Shown one piece after another: positions 12,190 to 26,346 of a DNA stretch of 64,000 bases; the first letter of the stretch is position 1, and every line of letters starts with the position of its first letter. The stretch lies in assembly GCF_036365525.1 (NCBI RefSeq), contig NC_090383.1, forward strand, positions 27,199,914 to 27,263,913. Reading direction: 5' to 3'. The position numbers were made by a program, and so were the translations under genes. The notes beneath the pieces were generated by a model. It had not been told where the DNA came from and did no database searches. It saw only the letters and a program-made list of their open reading frames with translations. Source of the stretch: Heterodontus francisci (taxonomy: Eukaryota).

Positions 12190-12286
12190 ATTTTATTGGA
12201 TCGTGTAGAAAGCAGGGTAGTGAACAACTCGCATTGTCAAACAAAACAACTTAGTAAAAAAAACAAATTGGAAGCGCACATGATCG

Positions 12287-12780
12287 TTTCTCCCCAAAAT
12301 ATACTTTATTCATAACATGTGTTAAAATACATTACATAACAATGCACATTTGACATTACATAAAGTGCAATACAGATCAATTTCTTTCAATACAATATAC
12401 GAGGTGCCTGACTATACTTGCCATTACAGGTTATATTTGCAATGCATATTTACATTTCATGTCAAACATTCACTGCTGCATACAACCCAAGGGGTTTTTA
12501 CACGGTTTCCAACCCCTCGGTATACAACGGCGGGTGGGCCTTACACAGTCTTCTTTCCCCATTGAGTCTTTGTGGCAGCTGCCTCAAGCTCTAGTGTCTC
12601 CCTCAGTAGATTGTCCTGAACCTTGGAATGTGCCAGTCTGCAACACTCGGTCATGGGCAACTCTTTGCACTGGAAGACCAGCAAGTTTTGGGCAGATCAA
12701 AGAGCGTTTTTCACTGTGTTGATGGTCCTCCAGCAGCAGTTGATGTTTATCTCGATGTGCGTCTCTGGGAAAAGAGTTGG
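12287..12780 (-). mobile_element. L1/Tx1-like LINE 3' fragment
   Basis: Minus-strand reading resembles ..ININCCWRTINTVKNAL*SAQNLLVFQ.. (L1/Tx1-type ORF2 C-terminus), with AATAAA (tttatt at about 12305) near its 3' end. Confidence 0.6.
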
Positions 12781-13060
12781 TTAGTTGGGAGAATGTGCTA
12801 AACACATTGAACTTGCCACTACAATAAGCCTTGTAAACGGGGTTGTAACCTGCTGTTCTGAAACAGTATTGAAATTCCTGAAGAATGGTTTACATGAGCT
12901 AATCTTCAACCCGGTGATGATAAAGTGATAACTACAGCCAGGTAATGGTTAACAAACTGCTCTAGGAAATGACCTGCATTTATATAGCACCTTTAGGAGG
13001 TCTCAAAATGCTTTATAGTCAATGAAGTATTTTTGAAGTGTAGTCACTGTTGTAATATGG

Positions 13061-13899
13061 TGTAAACCGTGGCGCGGAGTCAACTCCCCTTTGGCCCCTT
13101 TATTCCCTTCACCCACTTGATCCTGGCCGTCACGTGGGACTAAGTCCTCTTAATTCAGGCTCAGGCTGGGTGTTTGGGATATCGGGGTTACAGGAGAGTC
13201 ACCCTCCACCTAATCCACCAGCTACGGTTTAATGGCTTAGTACAAAGAGGAGGAAACTCAGTCCTTTCTTTAACTATCTATTTACTTTATTCACATTGTT
13301 GTACAATGTAAGAATGAGGCTTATACACTTGGTTAGACAAAAGCATGCAACTCAAACTGGGTTATACAGTTAATAACAAAGCTAGCTAGAATTGATAAGC
13401 ACACCTACTAGGTTCCTCTGACCTTTCCCTGACCTAGTCACAGAAAACAAAGGATAATACCTGAAAAGGGGAGAGCTGACGCTGGCCAGGCGTTCCGTTC
13501 TCTCTCTCTTTTACGTCGTCGCCGCGTTGCTCACGCGGGGTCTTCCACTTCCGAGATGGTTGGCCTCTGGAGTTTCTCGCTGGCTCCATGCCCGAGATTC
13601 TCCATACTTATTCTCTTTCTTATCTATTCAAAACTGTGCTGTTTCTTTCCGGTTGATTTAGGCCTGCTCACCCTGTTCGTATCTTCTCCTTATTGGCCCA
13701 GGCCCAAAGACCCCGGTATCACACCGTGTCCAAATAAGGCTCTATTCCTGTGATCATTCCCTTGTCTTGTCACATAAATTAATTAGTTCAAACTGGTTTT
13801 TACCAGCACAGGCCAGTGTCTGAGCTCAGGTTACTTTAGTTCATGAACTATCCAGCAATTTGTAACAGATTCTGTACTTCTTGCAGCCTCTGGCCAACA
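13061..13899 (-). mobile_element. Solo LTR (839 bp) inserted in a Deu-SINE
   Basis: TGT...ACA termini and a 4-bp TSD ATGG (13057-13060, 13900-13903). AATAAA on the minus strand at about 13285. The flanks are two parts of a minus-strand Deu-SINE (about 12975-13060 and 13904-14185). Confidence 0.8.
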
Positions 13900-14999
13900 A
13901 TGGTGCATAGAAAGGTTCCAACAACAACAATGTAATAATGAACAGATAATTTTTTGCGATGTTGGTTGAGGGATAAATGTTGATCAGGACACTCGGGGAA
14001 AACTCTCCTGCTCTTCTGCCAACAATGCAATGGATTTTTATATCCACCTGAGAGGACAGATAGGGTCTCAGTTTAATGTCTCATTCAGAGTATCGGCCCA
14101 GATAATGTGATCAAGCCTCTGGAGTGGTACTATGAACTCACTGCCTTCTGACTCAGTCCACAGCACTATCAACTAAGCCACAGCTGAAACCAAACTGTTC
14201 AACAATGGGCGTGTACATGATAGTATTTTATTCTCACTAAGCGATTTCTAGTACCCATAAACAAACTCTTTTGACTCCATATTAATTAACTATCGAAAAT
14301 GTCCCCAAAAGGTTTTATGCTTTGCTCCAGAGTAACATATTATTTCATTAGTGCTCAAGTGCCTGTGTATATATATATGAAATGTTGAATGGTGACATTA
14401 TCTATTTTAATATATTACTGCATATTTTGTTCCCTAAAACTGATAATCTTTAAATTCCAGAAGTGTGACCAAAGTTCATGAAAATCGAGATTATACCGGA
14501 TGGTTGGATTAATAGATTCAGCAGCATGCCTGAAACCTGCAACCATCAATATGTAGAAGGACAAGAGCAGCAGATGCATGGAAACACCAGGACCTCCAAC
14601 TTCCTCTCCAAGTCACACACCATCTTGACTTAGATATATATTGGCATTCCTCCATCTTCACTGGGTCAAAATTCTGGAATTCACTACCTACCAGCATTGT
14701 AGGAGCATGTTCAGGACAAGGACTCCAGCAAATCAAGAAGAAAGCCGAGAAATGGGTAATATAATGCTGGCCTTGACCATGATGCTTAAACCCCAGAATG
14801 AATAAAGAAAAAGATTCTAAATCAATTTGTCATCAGTCATATGACCATTTTATTAGTTATTTATCTACCAATTAGCAATTTTAAGATCTGGTATTGCATA
14901 GTATCTACAACACAGAAACAGGCCATTTGGCCCAACAGGTCCATGCTGGTATTTTTGCTCCACAAGCCACAAGGCAACCAGGATCTATGGCATCTGCCC

Positions 15000-16022
15000 A
15001 GAATTTCTCAAGAACCAGGAACTAATTAGATGGATGTGGCTTGCTAAACTCATCTGCAATATCCTTGACACTGGGAGAATCCCAGAAGTCTGGCACCATT
15101 CCAAAGTCATTGCCATCTTAAAGCCAGGAAAACCAGCCCACAATCCCAAAGGCTACCGTCCTATCGCCCTTCTGTCTACAGTCTACAAGGTGGTCAAACA
15201 GATCATCCTTAACCAGATAAAACTGATTTTAGAAGCTGCCCTCCCAAACGAGCAGACGGGTCCAGAGAAGGAAAAAGTTTCTCTGACCTCGTCCTTACAC
15301 TCACTACCAACATTGAAGCAGGTTCCAGAAGCAGCTGAAGACTGGAGCTGCCTTCATAGGCTTGTCATCAGCATACAACACTGTTTGGTACCAAGGTCCA
15401 CTACTGAAGTCTTCAAGAATAGTTCAATGCCTCAAAACCCTTCGACTTATCAACAACCTAACGAGCAACTGTAAGTTCTGTGTTTATCTTGGTGACAAGA
15501 CCAATTGAACATGGACATTCAACAATGGTGTTGATGTTCATACTGGGCTTTTTCAACATCTATATATAATATATATAATAGTGCATTTCCTGCACTAAAT
15601 CCCAGACATTGGTCTATGCTGATGACATAACATTGCTAACGCAAGCACCAATGCTGGAGGAAGCAAGTAGGATGCTTGGAAGTGACCTGGACCACCTGGA
15701 CTGATACTTCCAGACCTGGCGCTTTCGCCCCAATCCAGAGAAGACAGTTGTGTCAGCATTTCATCTGAATAATAATGCCAATGGGAAAGAACTCAATGTT
15801 TCCTTCTGTGGAATGGACCTACCCATGACCCCCATCCAAAATACTTGGCTGTCACCCGAGACAAGCCTCTCACCTATTGGCCACATCGCATCTACACCAC
15901 CAAAATGTAAAAACCATGGAGAATCTGGGTCCAGAAACGCACTGGAACATCATGGGGGGAAAATAGCCACAACACTTTGCACTGCAACAGTGGCCCTAGT
16001 CTACACTGCTGCAGAATATTGC
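15000..16022 (+). mobile_element. Vingi/Ingi-like LINE RT fragment, decayed
   Basis: IPEVWHHSKVIAILKPGKP...YRPIALLS, YADD at about 15616, and SAFHLNN / ALVYTAAEYC motifs. Confidence 0.7.
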
Positions 16023-16289
16023 TCTGTCTCAGGATAAGGGTTCGATCATTTAGGACTGAGATGAGGAGAAACTTCTTCACTCAAAGGGTTGTGAATCTTT
16101 GGAATTCTCTGCCCCAAAGGGTTGTGGATGCTTCATCATTGAGTATATTCAAGGCTGAGATAGACAGATTTTTGGTTTCTCAGGGTATCAAGGAATATGG
16201 GAAGTGGACGGGAAAGTGGAGTTGAGGCAAAAGATCAGCCATAATCATACTGAATAGTAGAGCAAGCTCGAAGGTGCCATATGGTCTAA

Positions 16290-18510
16290 GATGATAAGAA
16301 ATTGGAGAAGGAGTAGGCCATTTGGCCCCTCATTCCTGCTGCATCATTCAATAAGAACATGGTTGATCTGACTGTGGCCTTAACTCCATTTTCCTGCCTG
16401 CCCCCAATACCCTTGACTCCCATGCAGATCGAAAATCTGTCTAACTCAGCCTTGAATATATTCAATAATCCAGTTTCCACTGCTTTCTGGAGAAGCGAAT
16501 TCCAAAGGCTAATGACTCTCAAGAGAAGAAATTCCTCCTTATCTCCTTCTTAAAAGGGTGACCCCTTATTTTGAAACTGTGCCCCCTAGTTCTAGATTTC
16601 CCCACAAGGGGAAACATCTTCTCAGCATCTATCCTGTCACGCTCCCGCAGAATCTTGCAAGCTTCAATAAGATCACCTCTCATTCTTCTAAACTCCAGTT
16701 AGTACAGGAACAACCTGCTCAACCTTTCCTCATAAGACAACCCTTTCATCCCAGTAATCAGCCTACTGAACCTTCTCTGAACTGCTTCCAATGCAAGTAT
16801 ATCCCTCCTTAAGGAAGGAGACCAAAACTGTATGCAGTACTCTAGGTGTGGTCTCACCATGCCCTGTACAGTTGTAGCAAGACTTCCCTACTTGTATACT
16901 CCATCCTCCTTGCAATAAATGCCAACATTCCATTTGACTTCTTAGTTACTTGCTGTACCTGCATACTAACTTTTTGTGAATCATATACAAGGACACCCAG
17001 ATCCCTCTGTACCACAGCATTCTACAGTCTCTCTCCAGTTAAATAATATTCTGCTTTTCCATTTTTGCCACCAAAGTGGACAACCTCACATTTTCCCACA
17101 TTGCATTCCATCTGCCAAATTTTTGCCCACTTACTTTACCTATCTATTTATACCTCTTTGCAGACACTTCTTGTCCTCCTCACAACTTGCTTTCCCACCA
17201 ATCTTTGTATTGTCAACAAATTTGGCTACAATACACTTGCTCCCTTTATCCAAGTCATTAATATAGATCCTAAATAGTTGGGGCTCCAGAAATGATCGCT
17301 TTGGCATTCCACTGGTTACAGTTTGCCAACCTGAAAATGTTTCATTTATCCTGTCTCTCTGTTTCCAGTTAGCTAGCCAATCCTCTATCCGTGCTAATAT
17401 ATTATCCCCAACACCATGAGCTCTTAAATTGTGTCGTAACCTTTTATGTGGCACCTTATTGAATGCCTTTTGGAAATCCAAATACACTACATGTACTGGT
17501 TCCCCTTTATCCACTCTGCGTGTTACATCCTCAAAGAACTCTAATAAATGTGTCAAACACGATTTCCCTTTCATAAAACCATGTTGACTCTGCCTGATTG
17601 CATTATGATTTTCTAAATGTCCTGCCACTACTTCCTTAATAATGGATTCTAGCATTTTCCCAATGGCAGATGTTAGGCTAACTGGCCTACAGTTTCCTCC
17701 TTTCTGCCTCCCTCCTTTCTTGAATAGAGGTGTTACATTTGCAGTTTTCCAATCCACTGGGGCCTTTCCAGAAACTAGGGAATTTTGGAAGATTACAACC
17801 AATGCATCCTCTATCTCTGCAGCCACTTCTTTTAAGATCCTAGGATGTAGGCCATCAGGTCTAGGGGACTTTCAATCTTTAGTTCTATAAGTTTTCCTAG
17901 TACTTTTTCGTCAAATGATAGTGATTGTTTTAAGTTCCTCCCTCCCTTTTGCCCCTTGATTTTCTACTATTCTTTGGATTTTTGTGTGTCTTCTTCCATG
18001 AAGATGGATACAAAATACTTGTTCAAAGTCTCTGCCATTTCCTTGTTTCCCACTATTAATTTCCCAGTCTCATCCTCTAAAGGACCAACACTTACTTTAG
18101 CTACTCTCTTCCTTTTCATATATTTGTAGAAGCTTTTACTGTCTGTTTTTAGATTTCTTGCTAGTTTACTGTCATACTTTGATTTCTCTCTCTTTTTTGT
18201 CATCCCCTGTTGGTTTCTAAAATTTTCCCAATCTTCTGGCCTACCACTGATTTTTGCCATATTCTCAATGGAATATATGTCTTTGTTGAAAGTTATGAAA
18301 TATTTCCTTCAATGTCTGCCACTACTTCTCTACCATCTTACCTTTTAACTTATTTTCCCAGTCCACTTTAGCCAACTCTGTCTTCATACCCTTGTAATTG
18401 CCTTTATTTAAGTTTAAGACACTAGTTTCAGACCTAAATTTCTTACCCTGAAACTGAATGTGAAATTCTATCATTGTTCTGATCACTCTTGCCTCGAGGA
18501 TCATTTGGAC
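16290..18510 (-). mobile_element. CR1 LINE ORF2 (RT), long fragment
   Basis: ORF 17140-17826 contains DWKTANVTPLFKKG...RPVSLTS...QHGFMKGKSCLT...YLDFQKAF; CR1 3' tail near 16290-16400. Confidence 0.9.
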
Positions 18511-18529
18511 TGGGAAGAGCAAGTTATCT

Positions 18530-21240
18530 CAGGTCAGAAAAGCAAATGAATTTCTTGAGTGCATTCAAGAAAGTTTTCTGGAGCAATATATTCTGGAACC
18601 AACAAGTGGTCAGGCTTTACTAGATTTAGTAATGAGTCGGATTTAGTTAATAATATAATGTGAAGGGATCATTTATCTAAGTGATCATAATATGATTTAA
18701 TTCAATGTTAGGTTTGAAAATGTGAAATGTAATACAGTTACTAAGGTTCTGAAGAACTAAGGTTCTGAAGAAGAGTAATATCTGATTTGAAACAACAACT
18801 CTGTTTCTCTTTCTGCAGATGCTGCCAGACCTGCTGGGCATTTCCAACATTTTCTGTTTTTTTTTCAGATTTCCAGCATCCGCAGTATTTTTCGAGGCTT
18901 TGGTAAAGCCAACTTTAATGGGATAAGAAGGAGACCAACGACAGCAAACTGGTTAAAACTGTTATCAGGTAAAACTACAGATGAACAATGGGGGGTGTTC
19001 AAAAATGTATCGTGCTGAATGTAGGATTTGTATATATTCCAAGGAGCAAGAACTCTACTTACCAAATAAAACAGACATCGTCAACCAAAGAGATTAAAGA
19101 CAACTAAAACTAAAGGAAAGAGCATACAAAACTGCAAAAAATAGAGTAAATCTAAGGAATTGGAAGAGATGTAAAGAACAAAGGGAAACAAAAAAAATAG
19201 TAAAAGCTGCAAAACGAAATATGAAAAAAAACATGCGAGAGAGACCAAGATTAACACAAAAAGTTTTTACAATTACATTTGAAGAAAAATAGTAGTCCAA
19301 GGGTTATTTGGGCCCTTTATAAACAAACACGGGTAATACTGCAAATGAAAATGGGAAATGGACATTAGTTAAATAATTACTTTGTCTTTCTTCACAGTAG
19401 AGGAAAAGCCTCCCCTCTTGTGTTTATATACTCATTTCTTGAGTTTCATCTCACTAGCAGCTGCCACTTTTATTCGGCCCACGCCTTGAGTTGGTGTCCG
19501 TCCACGTCTGCTTGCCTTTCCAACTAGGATTGCAAATGGTTCCCAACGTTTCGCTGTCCACTGTAGTTTCATCAGGGGAAATGGATTCTCTGGCATCACT
19601 TGGACAGTCACAATGGAAGGCATGACATTCCAGAGAAATGAATAACAAATCAAGGACTGGAACTCACTAAAGTTAACATAAGCAAGGATAGAGTATTAGA
19701 AAAAAATAATGGCACTAAAGACTGAAAATCCCCAGGACCCGATAGTTTCCAAACCAGGGTTTTAAAAATGAATTAGGAAATTGCAGATGTTTTAGCCATA
19801 ATCCTACAAAGCTCTCTTGATTCAGGGATAGTCTCTTTAGATCGGAAAATAGCAAATGTAATTCCATTATTTAAGAAAGGTGAGAGAGAGAGAAACTGGG
19901 AGAATATAGACTTGTTAGTCCAATATCTGTCATGGGGAAGTTATTGGAATCTATAATTAGGGACAAAATGGCTGAGCATTTAGAGAAATTTGAACTGATT
20001 AGAGAGAGGCAACATGGATTTGTAAAGGATAGATCATGTCTAACTAACCTCTTTGAATTTTTTGAGAACGTGGTAAAGCAGTAGACAGGAGAATGTCTTT
20101 GGATGTAGTTTTTATGAACTTCAGAAGACATTTGATAAGTTCTACATCAGAGACTGATAACTAAAATTAAAGCTAAATGAATTGGAGGCAAATTAATGAC
20201 CTGGTCAGGAGATTGGTTAGGCAGTAGAAGACAAAGATTAGGGATCATGGGTATATACTTGAATTCGAAGGAAGTGTTCCCACAATGATCTGTGCTGGGG
20301 TGGCAGCAGCAGCAACAGCAACAACAACTTATATTTATACAGCGCCTTTCACATAATGAAACGTCCCAAGGTGCTTCAAATGAGCATTATAAAACAAAGT
20401 ATGACACTGAGCCACAAAAGGAGATATTAGATCAGATGACCAAAAGTTTGGTCAAGGAGATAGCTTTTAAGGAGTGTCTTAAAGGAGGAAAGCCGAAGTG
20501 GAGATGTGTAGTGGTGTTGGGAGGGTATTCCAGAGCTTGGGGCCGAAGCAACTGAAGGTGCAGCCACCAATGGCAGAGGGATCACGAGGGGGCAGAATTA
20601 AAGGAGCGCAGATATCTTGGAGGGTTGTGGGGCTGGAGAAGATTACAGAGATAGGAAGGGGCGAGGCCAGGGAGGGATTTGAAAACAAGGATGAGAATTT
20701 TAAGATCAAGATGTTGCTTGATCGGGAGCCAATATAGGTTAGCGAGCACAGGGAAACGGGACTTGGTGTGAGTTAAGATGTGAGCAGCAGAGTTTTGGAT
20801 GACCTCAAATTTACGGAGAGTAGAATGTGGGAGACCAGCCAGGAGTGCATTGAAATAATCATTCCAGAGGTAATGAAGGCATGAATGAGGGTTTCACCAG
20901 CCTCAACTATTCACTATATCTATTAATGACTTAGATAACATAATATAGAACTGTATATCCAAGTTTGCTGATGACACAAAGATTGGTGGTATAAGTAGTG
21001 TATACGGGAGCATAAAATTACAGAGATACCAATAACGTGAGTGAGTGAAACTGTAGCAGATGGATTTCTACACTGGTAAGTGCGAGGTCATTCTTTTTTG
21101 ATCAAAAATAGATCCGAGCTTTTTTCAAAAGGGTGAAAAGCTAAGAGCAGTGGAGTTTAGAAGAGATTTAAGGGGCCATGTACACAGATCACTAAAATGT
21201 AGACAGTTTTAAAAGTAATGACAAAGGCTAATGGAATGGT
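18530..21240 (+). mobile_element. Old CR1 LINE carrying nested inserts
   Basis: Degenerate CR1 ORF2 motifs (QHGFVKDRSCLTNL near 20010, FADD near 20965). Interrupted by a Penelope end (18765-18890) and an L2 fragment (20303-20898). Confidence 0.7.
20303..20898 (-). mobile_element. L2-like LINE 3' fragment
   Basis: Minus ORF reads ..FSCFGPKLWNTLP..; tail (caa)n-cttatatttatacagcgcc; splits a CR1 at ctgtgctgggg|cctcaactatt. Confidence 0.7.
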
Positions 21241-21752
21241 ATTAGTGACTGGTTCACTAATAGTCGGAGATCCCTGGATATCTCCAGCATGTACCCATTG
21301 AGTATATATTCCACATTACTTTTTACTTTGTCAGATTTCATCAGCATCTTTACCTACATTAAACTGTACCTGCTATTCTCCCCTCCCCCTCTCCACTTGC
21401 AAACTCAGTCTCTCCAAATCCTTCTAAATTTGTTTACACTGGGGCTCAACATTTATACTTGCCAACTGCAAGTTGACAGCTTTAAGCAGAGCTCTTAAGT
21501 TCTTTAGACAGTAGTAGTACCAACACTAATTGAGTTGCTCACAACTAACAATGGCATTCACAGTCAGATGTCTTCTCTTTACTATGACACATTGAAAGAA
21601 AACAAATAGTCATTTTTCTATTCAGTTCAATACATCCAGCAATTCCAATGGCCTTTTATTTGGGACCATCTTTTATTTGGGAATGTGTCCTGTTTAAAAG
21701 ATAAGTAACATCCATTGCCTTACGTGTACACAGAGATTTAGGCGCTTATTTT

Positions 21753-22140
21753 TCAGCTGTGGCTTAATTGGTAGCATGCTCCTCTCTGAGGTAGGAGGTT
21801 GTGGGTTCCAGTCGCACTTCCAGAACATTGAGGGAGTGCTGCACTGTCAGAGTTGCCATCTTTCAGATGAGATTTTAAACTGAGGCCCTGTCTGCCCTTA
21901 CAAGTGCATGTAAAATTTGGCTTTGATTCAAAGAATGGCAGAGGGCCTGGTGTCCTAGCCAACATTTATCCCTCAACCAACAGCAATAAAGGAATTATCT
22001 GGCCGTTATCACAATGCTGTTTGTGGGAGCTTGCTGTGTACAAATTGGCTGCTGAGTTTCCTTCATTACTTCATTGGCTGTAAAGTGCTTTGAGTCATCC
22101 TGAAATTGTGAAATATACCATACAAGTGCAAGATCTTTCA
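21753..22140 (+). mobile_element. Deu-domain tRNA SINE, near full length
   Basis: tRNA-like head (gtggcttaattggtagc...gggttccagtc), Deu core and L2-like tail. Confidence 0.75.
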
Positions 22141-22562
22141 AATGCTCAGCTGTGATGAAATAAATAAACCCACTCTCGCTGGGTGCACTGATGTTAATTG
22201 AGAAGCAGAAAACGTAATTAGGAAAATATTTCAACCATGCAGCTGAGTTCCATTTCCGAAGATAATTACAGCTCCTCAATCTCACTTCAGGCAAATCCAG
22301 TGGGTGGTCCCATTTCTATTTAAAGCATATATATTTGCTTGGGAATCTCTGGATAATATTCTCACTTGTTAAATAGTTGCATAACTTCACATTCACAGCT
22401 CAAAGCTTCCATGCACATATCAGCACTCCAAGACCTGTGAACATACAAAATTGACAGGCAGGAAAAGACCAGCTGGTCCATCAAGCCTGGCCCACACTCA
22501 AGACCAAATCCTCCCATCTCTCCCTCTCCCAGCCATGTAATGACCTGGGAGAGGCAAAAACC

Positions 22563-24270
22563 CAAAGACAAGGCTGAAGCATTTGCACCCTTTCATGCAG
22601 AAGTGCCGAGTGGATGATCCATCCTGGCCTCCTCCTGAAGTCCCCAGCATCACAAATGCCAGTCTTCAGCCAATCCGATTCACTACGCATCATATCAAGA
22701 AATGGCTGAAGGCACTGGATACTGCAAAAGCTATGGGCCCTGACAACATTCCGGCAATAGTACTGAAGACTTGTGCTCCAGAACTAGCCATGCCCCTAGC
22801 CAAGCTGTTCCAGTACAGCTACAATACTGACATCTGCCCGGCAATGTGGAAAATTGCCCAAGTATGTCCTGTACACAAAAAGCAGGACAAATTGAACCTG
22901 GCCAATTACCACCCTATCAGTCTACTCTCGATCATCAAAGTGATGGAAGGTGTCGTCGACAGTGCTATCAAGCGACACTTGCTCAGTAATAACTTGCTCA
23001 GTGACGCTCAGTTTGGGTTCTGCCAGGGTCACTCAGCTCCTGACCTCATTACAACATTGGTCCAAACATAGACAAAAGAGCTGAACTTCAGAGGTGAGGT
23101 GAGAGTGACTGCCCTTGACATCATGGTCACATTTGACCGATTATGGCATCAAGGTGCCTTAGCAAAACTGGAGTCAATGGGAATCTGGGGAAAACTCTCC
23201 GCTGGTTGGAGTCATACTTAGCACAAAGGAAGATAGTTGTGGTTGTTGGAGGTCAATCATCTCAGTCCCTGGATATTACAGCAGGAGTTCCTTAGGGTAG
23301 TGTCCTAGGCCCAACCATCTTCAGCTGCTTCATCAATGACCTTCCCTCCTTCATAAGATCAGAAGTGGGGATGTTCGCTGATGATTGCACAATGTTCAGC
23401 ATCATTTGCGACTCCTCAGATAACGAAGCAGCCCGTGTCCAGCTGCAGCAAGACTTGGATAACATCCAGGTTTGGGCTAATAGGTGGCAAGTCACATTCA
23501 CGCCACGTAAGTGCCAGGCAATGACCATCTCCAACAAGAGAGAATCTAACCATTTCCCCTTGATATTCAATGGCATTACCATCGCTGAATTCCCCCGCTA
23601 TCAATATCCTAGGGGCTACCATTGACCAGAAACTGAACTGGAGTAGTCATATAAATACCATGGCTACAAGAGCAGGTCAGAGGCTGGGAATCCTGCGGCA
23701 AGTAACTCACCTCCTGTCGCCCCAATGCCTGTCCACCATCTACAAGGCACAAGTCAGGAGTATGATGGAATACTCTCCACTTTCCTGGATGGGAGTAGCT
23801 CCATCAACACTCAAGAAGCTCGACACCATCCAGGACAAAGCAGCCGGCTTGATTGGCACCCCGTCCACCACCTTCAACATTCACACCCTTCATCACTGGC
23901 GCAGTGGCAGCTGTATCTACCATCTACAAGATGCGCTGCTGCAACTCACCAAGCCTCCTTTGACAGCACCTTCCAAACCCGTGAACTCTACCACCGAGAA
24001 GGAAAAGAGCAGCAGATGCATGGGAACACCACCACCTGCACGTTTCCCTCCGAGCCACACACCATCCTGACTTGGAACTATATCCTTCGCTGTCACTGGG
24101 TCAAAATCCTGGAACTCCCTTCCTAACAGCACTGTGGGTGTACCTATGTCCCAAAGGTTGCAGTGGTTCAAGAAGACCGCTCACCACCACCTTCTCAACA
24201 GAAATTATGGATGGGCAATATCTGTTGGCCTAGCCACTGATGCCCACATCCCATGAATGAATAAAGAAAA
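22563..24270 (+). mobile_element. 5'-truncated copy of the tRNA-headed CR1-group LINE family
   Basis: Colinear with about 3795-5495 (MWKIAQVCPVHKK, GVP.GSVLGP, FADD, same tail). Confidence 0.9.
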
Positions 24271-24399
24271 CACAGGGCAAACAAAGAAAAAACATATTGG
24301 GAACTTTCTCTCCAAACTCCCACTGCTTTGCTTACTTTCTTCCATTTGGTAGGGCTGTCAATGAGCCACGCTCAACATTCCTATCCATTCGCCTGATAT

Positions 24400-25480
24400 A
24401 GTTGACTCCCCTTGACTTTCCAAGTTGGAGCTCGGTTGCTTTTGTCCAGATGATCTGCTGTCCTCAGCTGCTTGATGTCTCTATGTGAAAACACAGCATC
24501 TGGTGCTCAGTTGCTCATGACAGGGGATCCAGACTATTACTAGTCGTATGGGAGGTAAAGCTTATAATGGGGTATCTAGTTTGGCTATCCATTCAACGGC
24601 CTCCTGAGATGCCGAGTGGAGAAATGAGGTGCTTCCTGCAACAGATTTCAGTGGGGCAAGTTGATATATAGTCTGGGACTTGTGACCACATTCACACTTC
24701 AGGCCTTCTACTTGTGCAGCAGATGGCCTCGTCATCCATGCAGATTTGGTTGAACGCTGTCCACTGTATTCGTGGGAGGTTGAAGCTAGGGACCTGCTTC
24801 TGAGTCAGTGATGAGGTGTTGGTTCTTTATGTTGCATACATCCTGTGATTCATTAATCTAGATTGTGGGTTGATAGCAGCTGCATGAGTTTTAGCTGCTA
24901 TTTCCCAGAAACGATTTTAAATGCTTTCGTGGTGGATTTTTAAACTCTTCGTAAATGGGATGGTTGGTGTTGTTCATGATTTTTTCGGGCAGCACAGTGA
25001 CGCAGTGGTTAGCACCGCAGCCTCACAGCTCCAGGGACCCGGGTTCAATTCTGGGTACTGCCTGTGCGGAGTTTGCAAGTTCTCCCTGTGACCGCGTGGG
25101 TTTTCGCCGGGTGCTCCGCTTTCCTCCCACTGTCAAAGACTTGCAGGTGATAGGTAAATTGGCCATTGTAAATTGCCCCTAGTGTAGGTAGGTGGTAGGG
25201 AATATGGGATTACTGTAGGGTTAGTATAAATGGGTGGTTCTTGGTCGGCACAGACTTGGTGGGCCGAAGGGCCTGTTTCAGTGCTGTATCTCTAAATAAA
25301 AAATAAATAAAAATAAATCTCATGGAGCACAATGGTACTACGGCAGATGAGAGACGGGGCAATGTGGGATAGCACCGGGAGCCACTCAGTTGGAGTGGAC
25401 TTGAGCATCTCTGGAACAGACACTCAAAGGCTGTTCCTTACAATGCCATTCAACACACCATTAATGAAGACATCAGATGG
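24400..25480 (-). mobile_element. Decayed Vingi-like LINE 3' region interrupted by a V-SINE
   Basis: Minus reading near 24750-24800 resembles ..FNLPRIQWTAFNQI.., and near 25330-25400 ..LKSTPTEWLPVLSHIAP.. . Confidence 0.45.
24987..25318 (+). mobile_element. HE1/V-SINE-like tRNA SINE, full length
   Basis: tRNA head gggcagcacagtgacgcagtggttagcacc...gggttcaattc, V-like core cgtgggttttc..ccgggtgctcc..tttcctcccac, CR1-type tail gggccgaagggcctgtttcagtgctgtatctc(taaa)n. Confidence 0.9.
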
Positions 25481-25704
25481 GTGATAGTGGACAACCTTGC
25501 TCCACACTTCTTTCAAGAGAGATTGGTTCACTGAGTCTCCCATTGATTCTTACCCAGAATACACATCTGATAAAAGCCTAAAATTCAGCCAGGATTTCCA
25601 ATACCTAAACAGCCTTTTTATGATAGTCGCATGATGTCAAAACTTCTTTATCCAGAGAGTGTATAGGATGTGAAATTTGCTACCAAAAGGAGGGGAGGTA
25701 TATT

Positions 25705-26346
25705 CTTTCTTTCTTTCTTTGGCCTCCTTATCTCGAGAGACAACGGGTAAGCGCCTGGAGGTGGTCAGTGATGTGTGGAGCAGCGCCTGGAGTGGCTATA
25801 AAGGCCAATTCTAGAGTGACAGACTCTTCCACAGGTGCTGCAGAAAAATTTGTTTGTCGGGGCTGTTACACAGTTGGCTCTCCCCTTGCGCTTCTGTCTT
25901 TTTTCCTGCCAACTGCTAAGTCTCTTCGACTCACCACACTTTAGCCCCGCCTTTACGGCTGCCCGCCAGCTTTGGCAAACGCTGGCAACTGACTCCCACG
26001 ACTTGTGATCAATGTCACAGGACTTCATGTCGCGTTTGCAGACGTCTTTAAAGCGGAGACATGGACGGCTGGTGGGTCTGATACCAGTGGCGAGCTCGCT
26101 GTACAATGTGTCTTTGGGGATCCTGCCATCTTCCATGCGGCTCACATGGCCAAGCCATCTCAAGCGCCGCTGATTCAGTAGTGTGTATAAGCTGGGGATG
26201 TTGGCTGCCTCGAGGACTTCTGTGTTGGAGATACGGTCCTGCCACCTGATGCCAAGTATTCTCCGGAGGCAGCAAAGATGGACTGAATTGAGACGTCGCT
26301 CTTGGCTGACATACGTTGTCCAGGCCTCGCTGCCATAGAGCAAGGT
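25705..26346 (-). mobile_element. RTE-clade LINE 3' fragment with 18-bp TSD
   Basis: ORF 25765-26343 (LYGSEAWTTY...HSRRC). TSD AAGGAGGGGAGGTATATT at 25687-25704 and 26347-26364. Confidence 0.93.

Noticed and set aside
20292-20555. ORF with a polyQ run (MLGWQQQQQQQQL...)
   Set aside because: It is the (CAG/CAA)n tail of a minus-strand L2 fragment read antisense; no splice or homology support.
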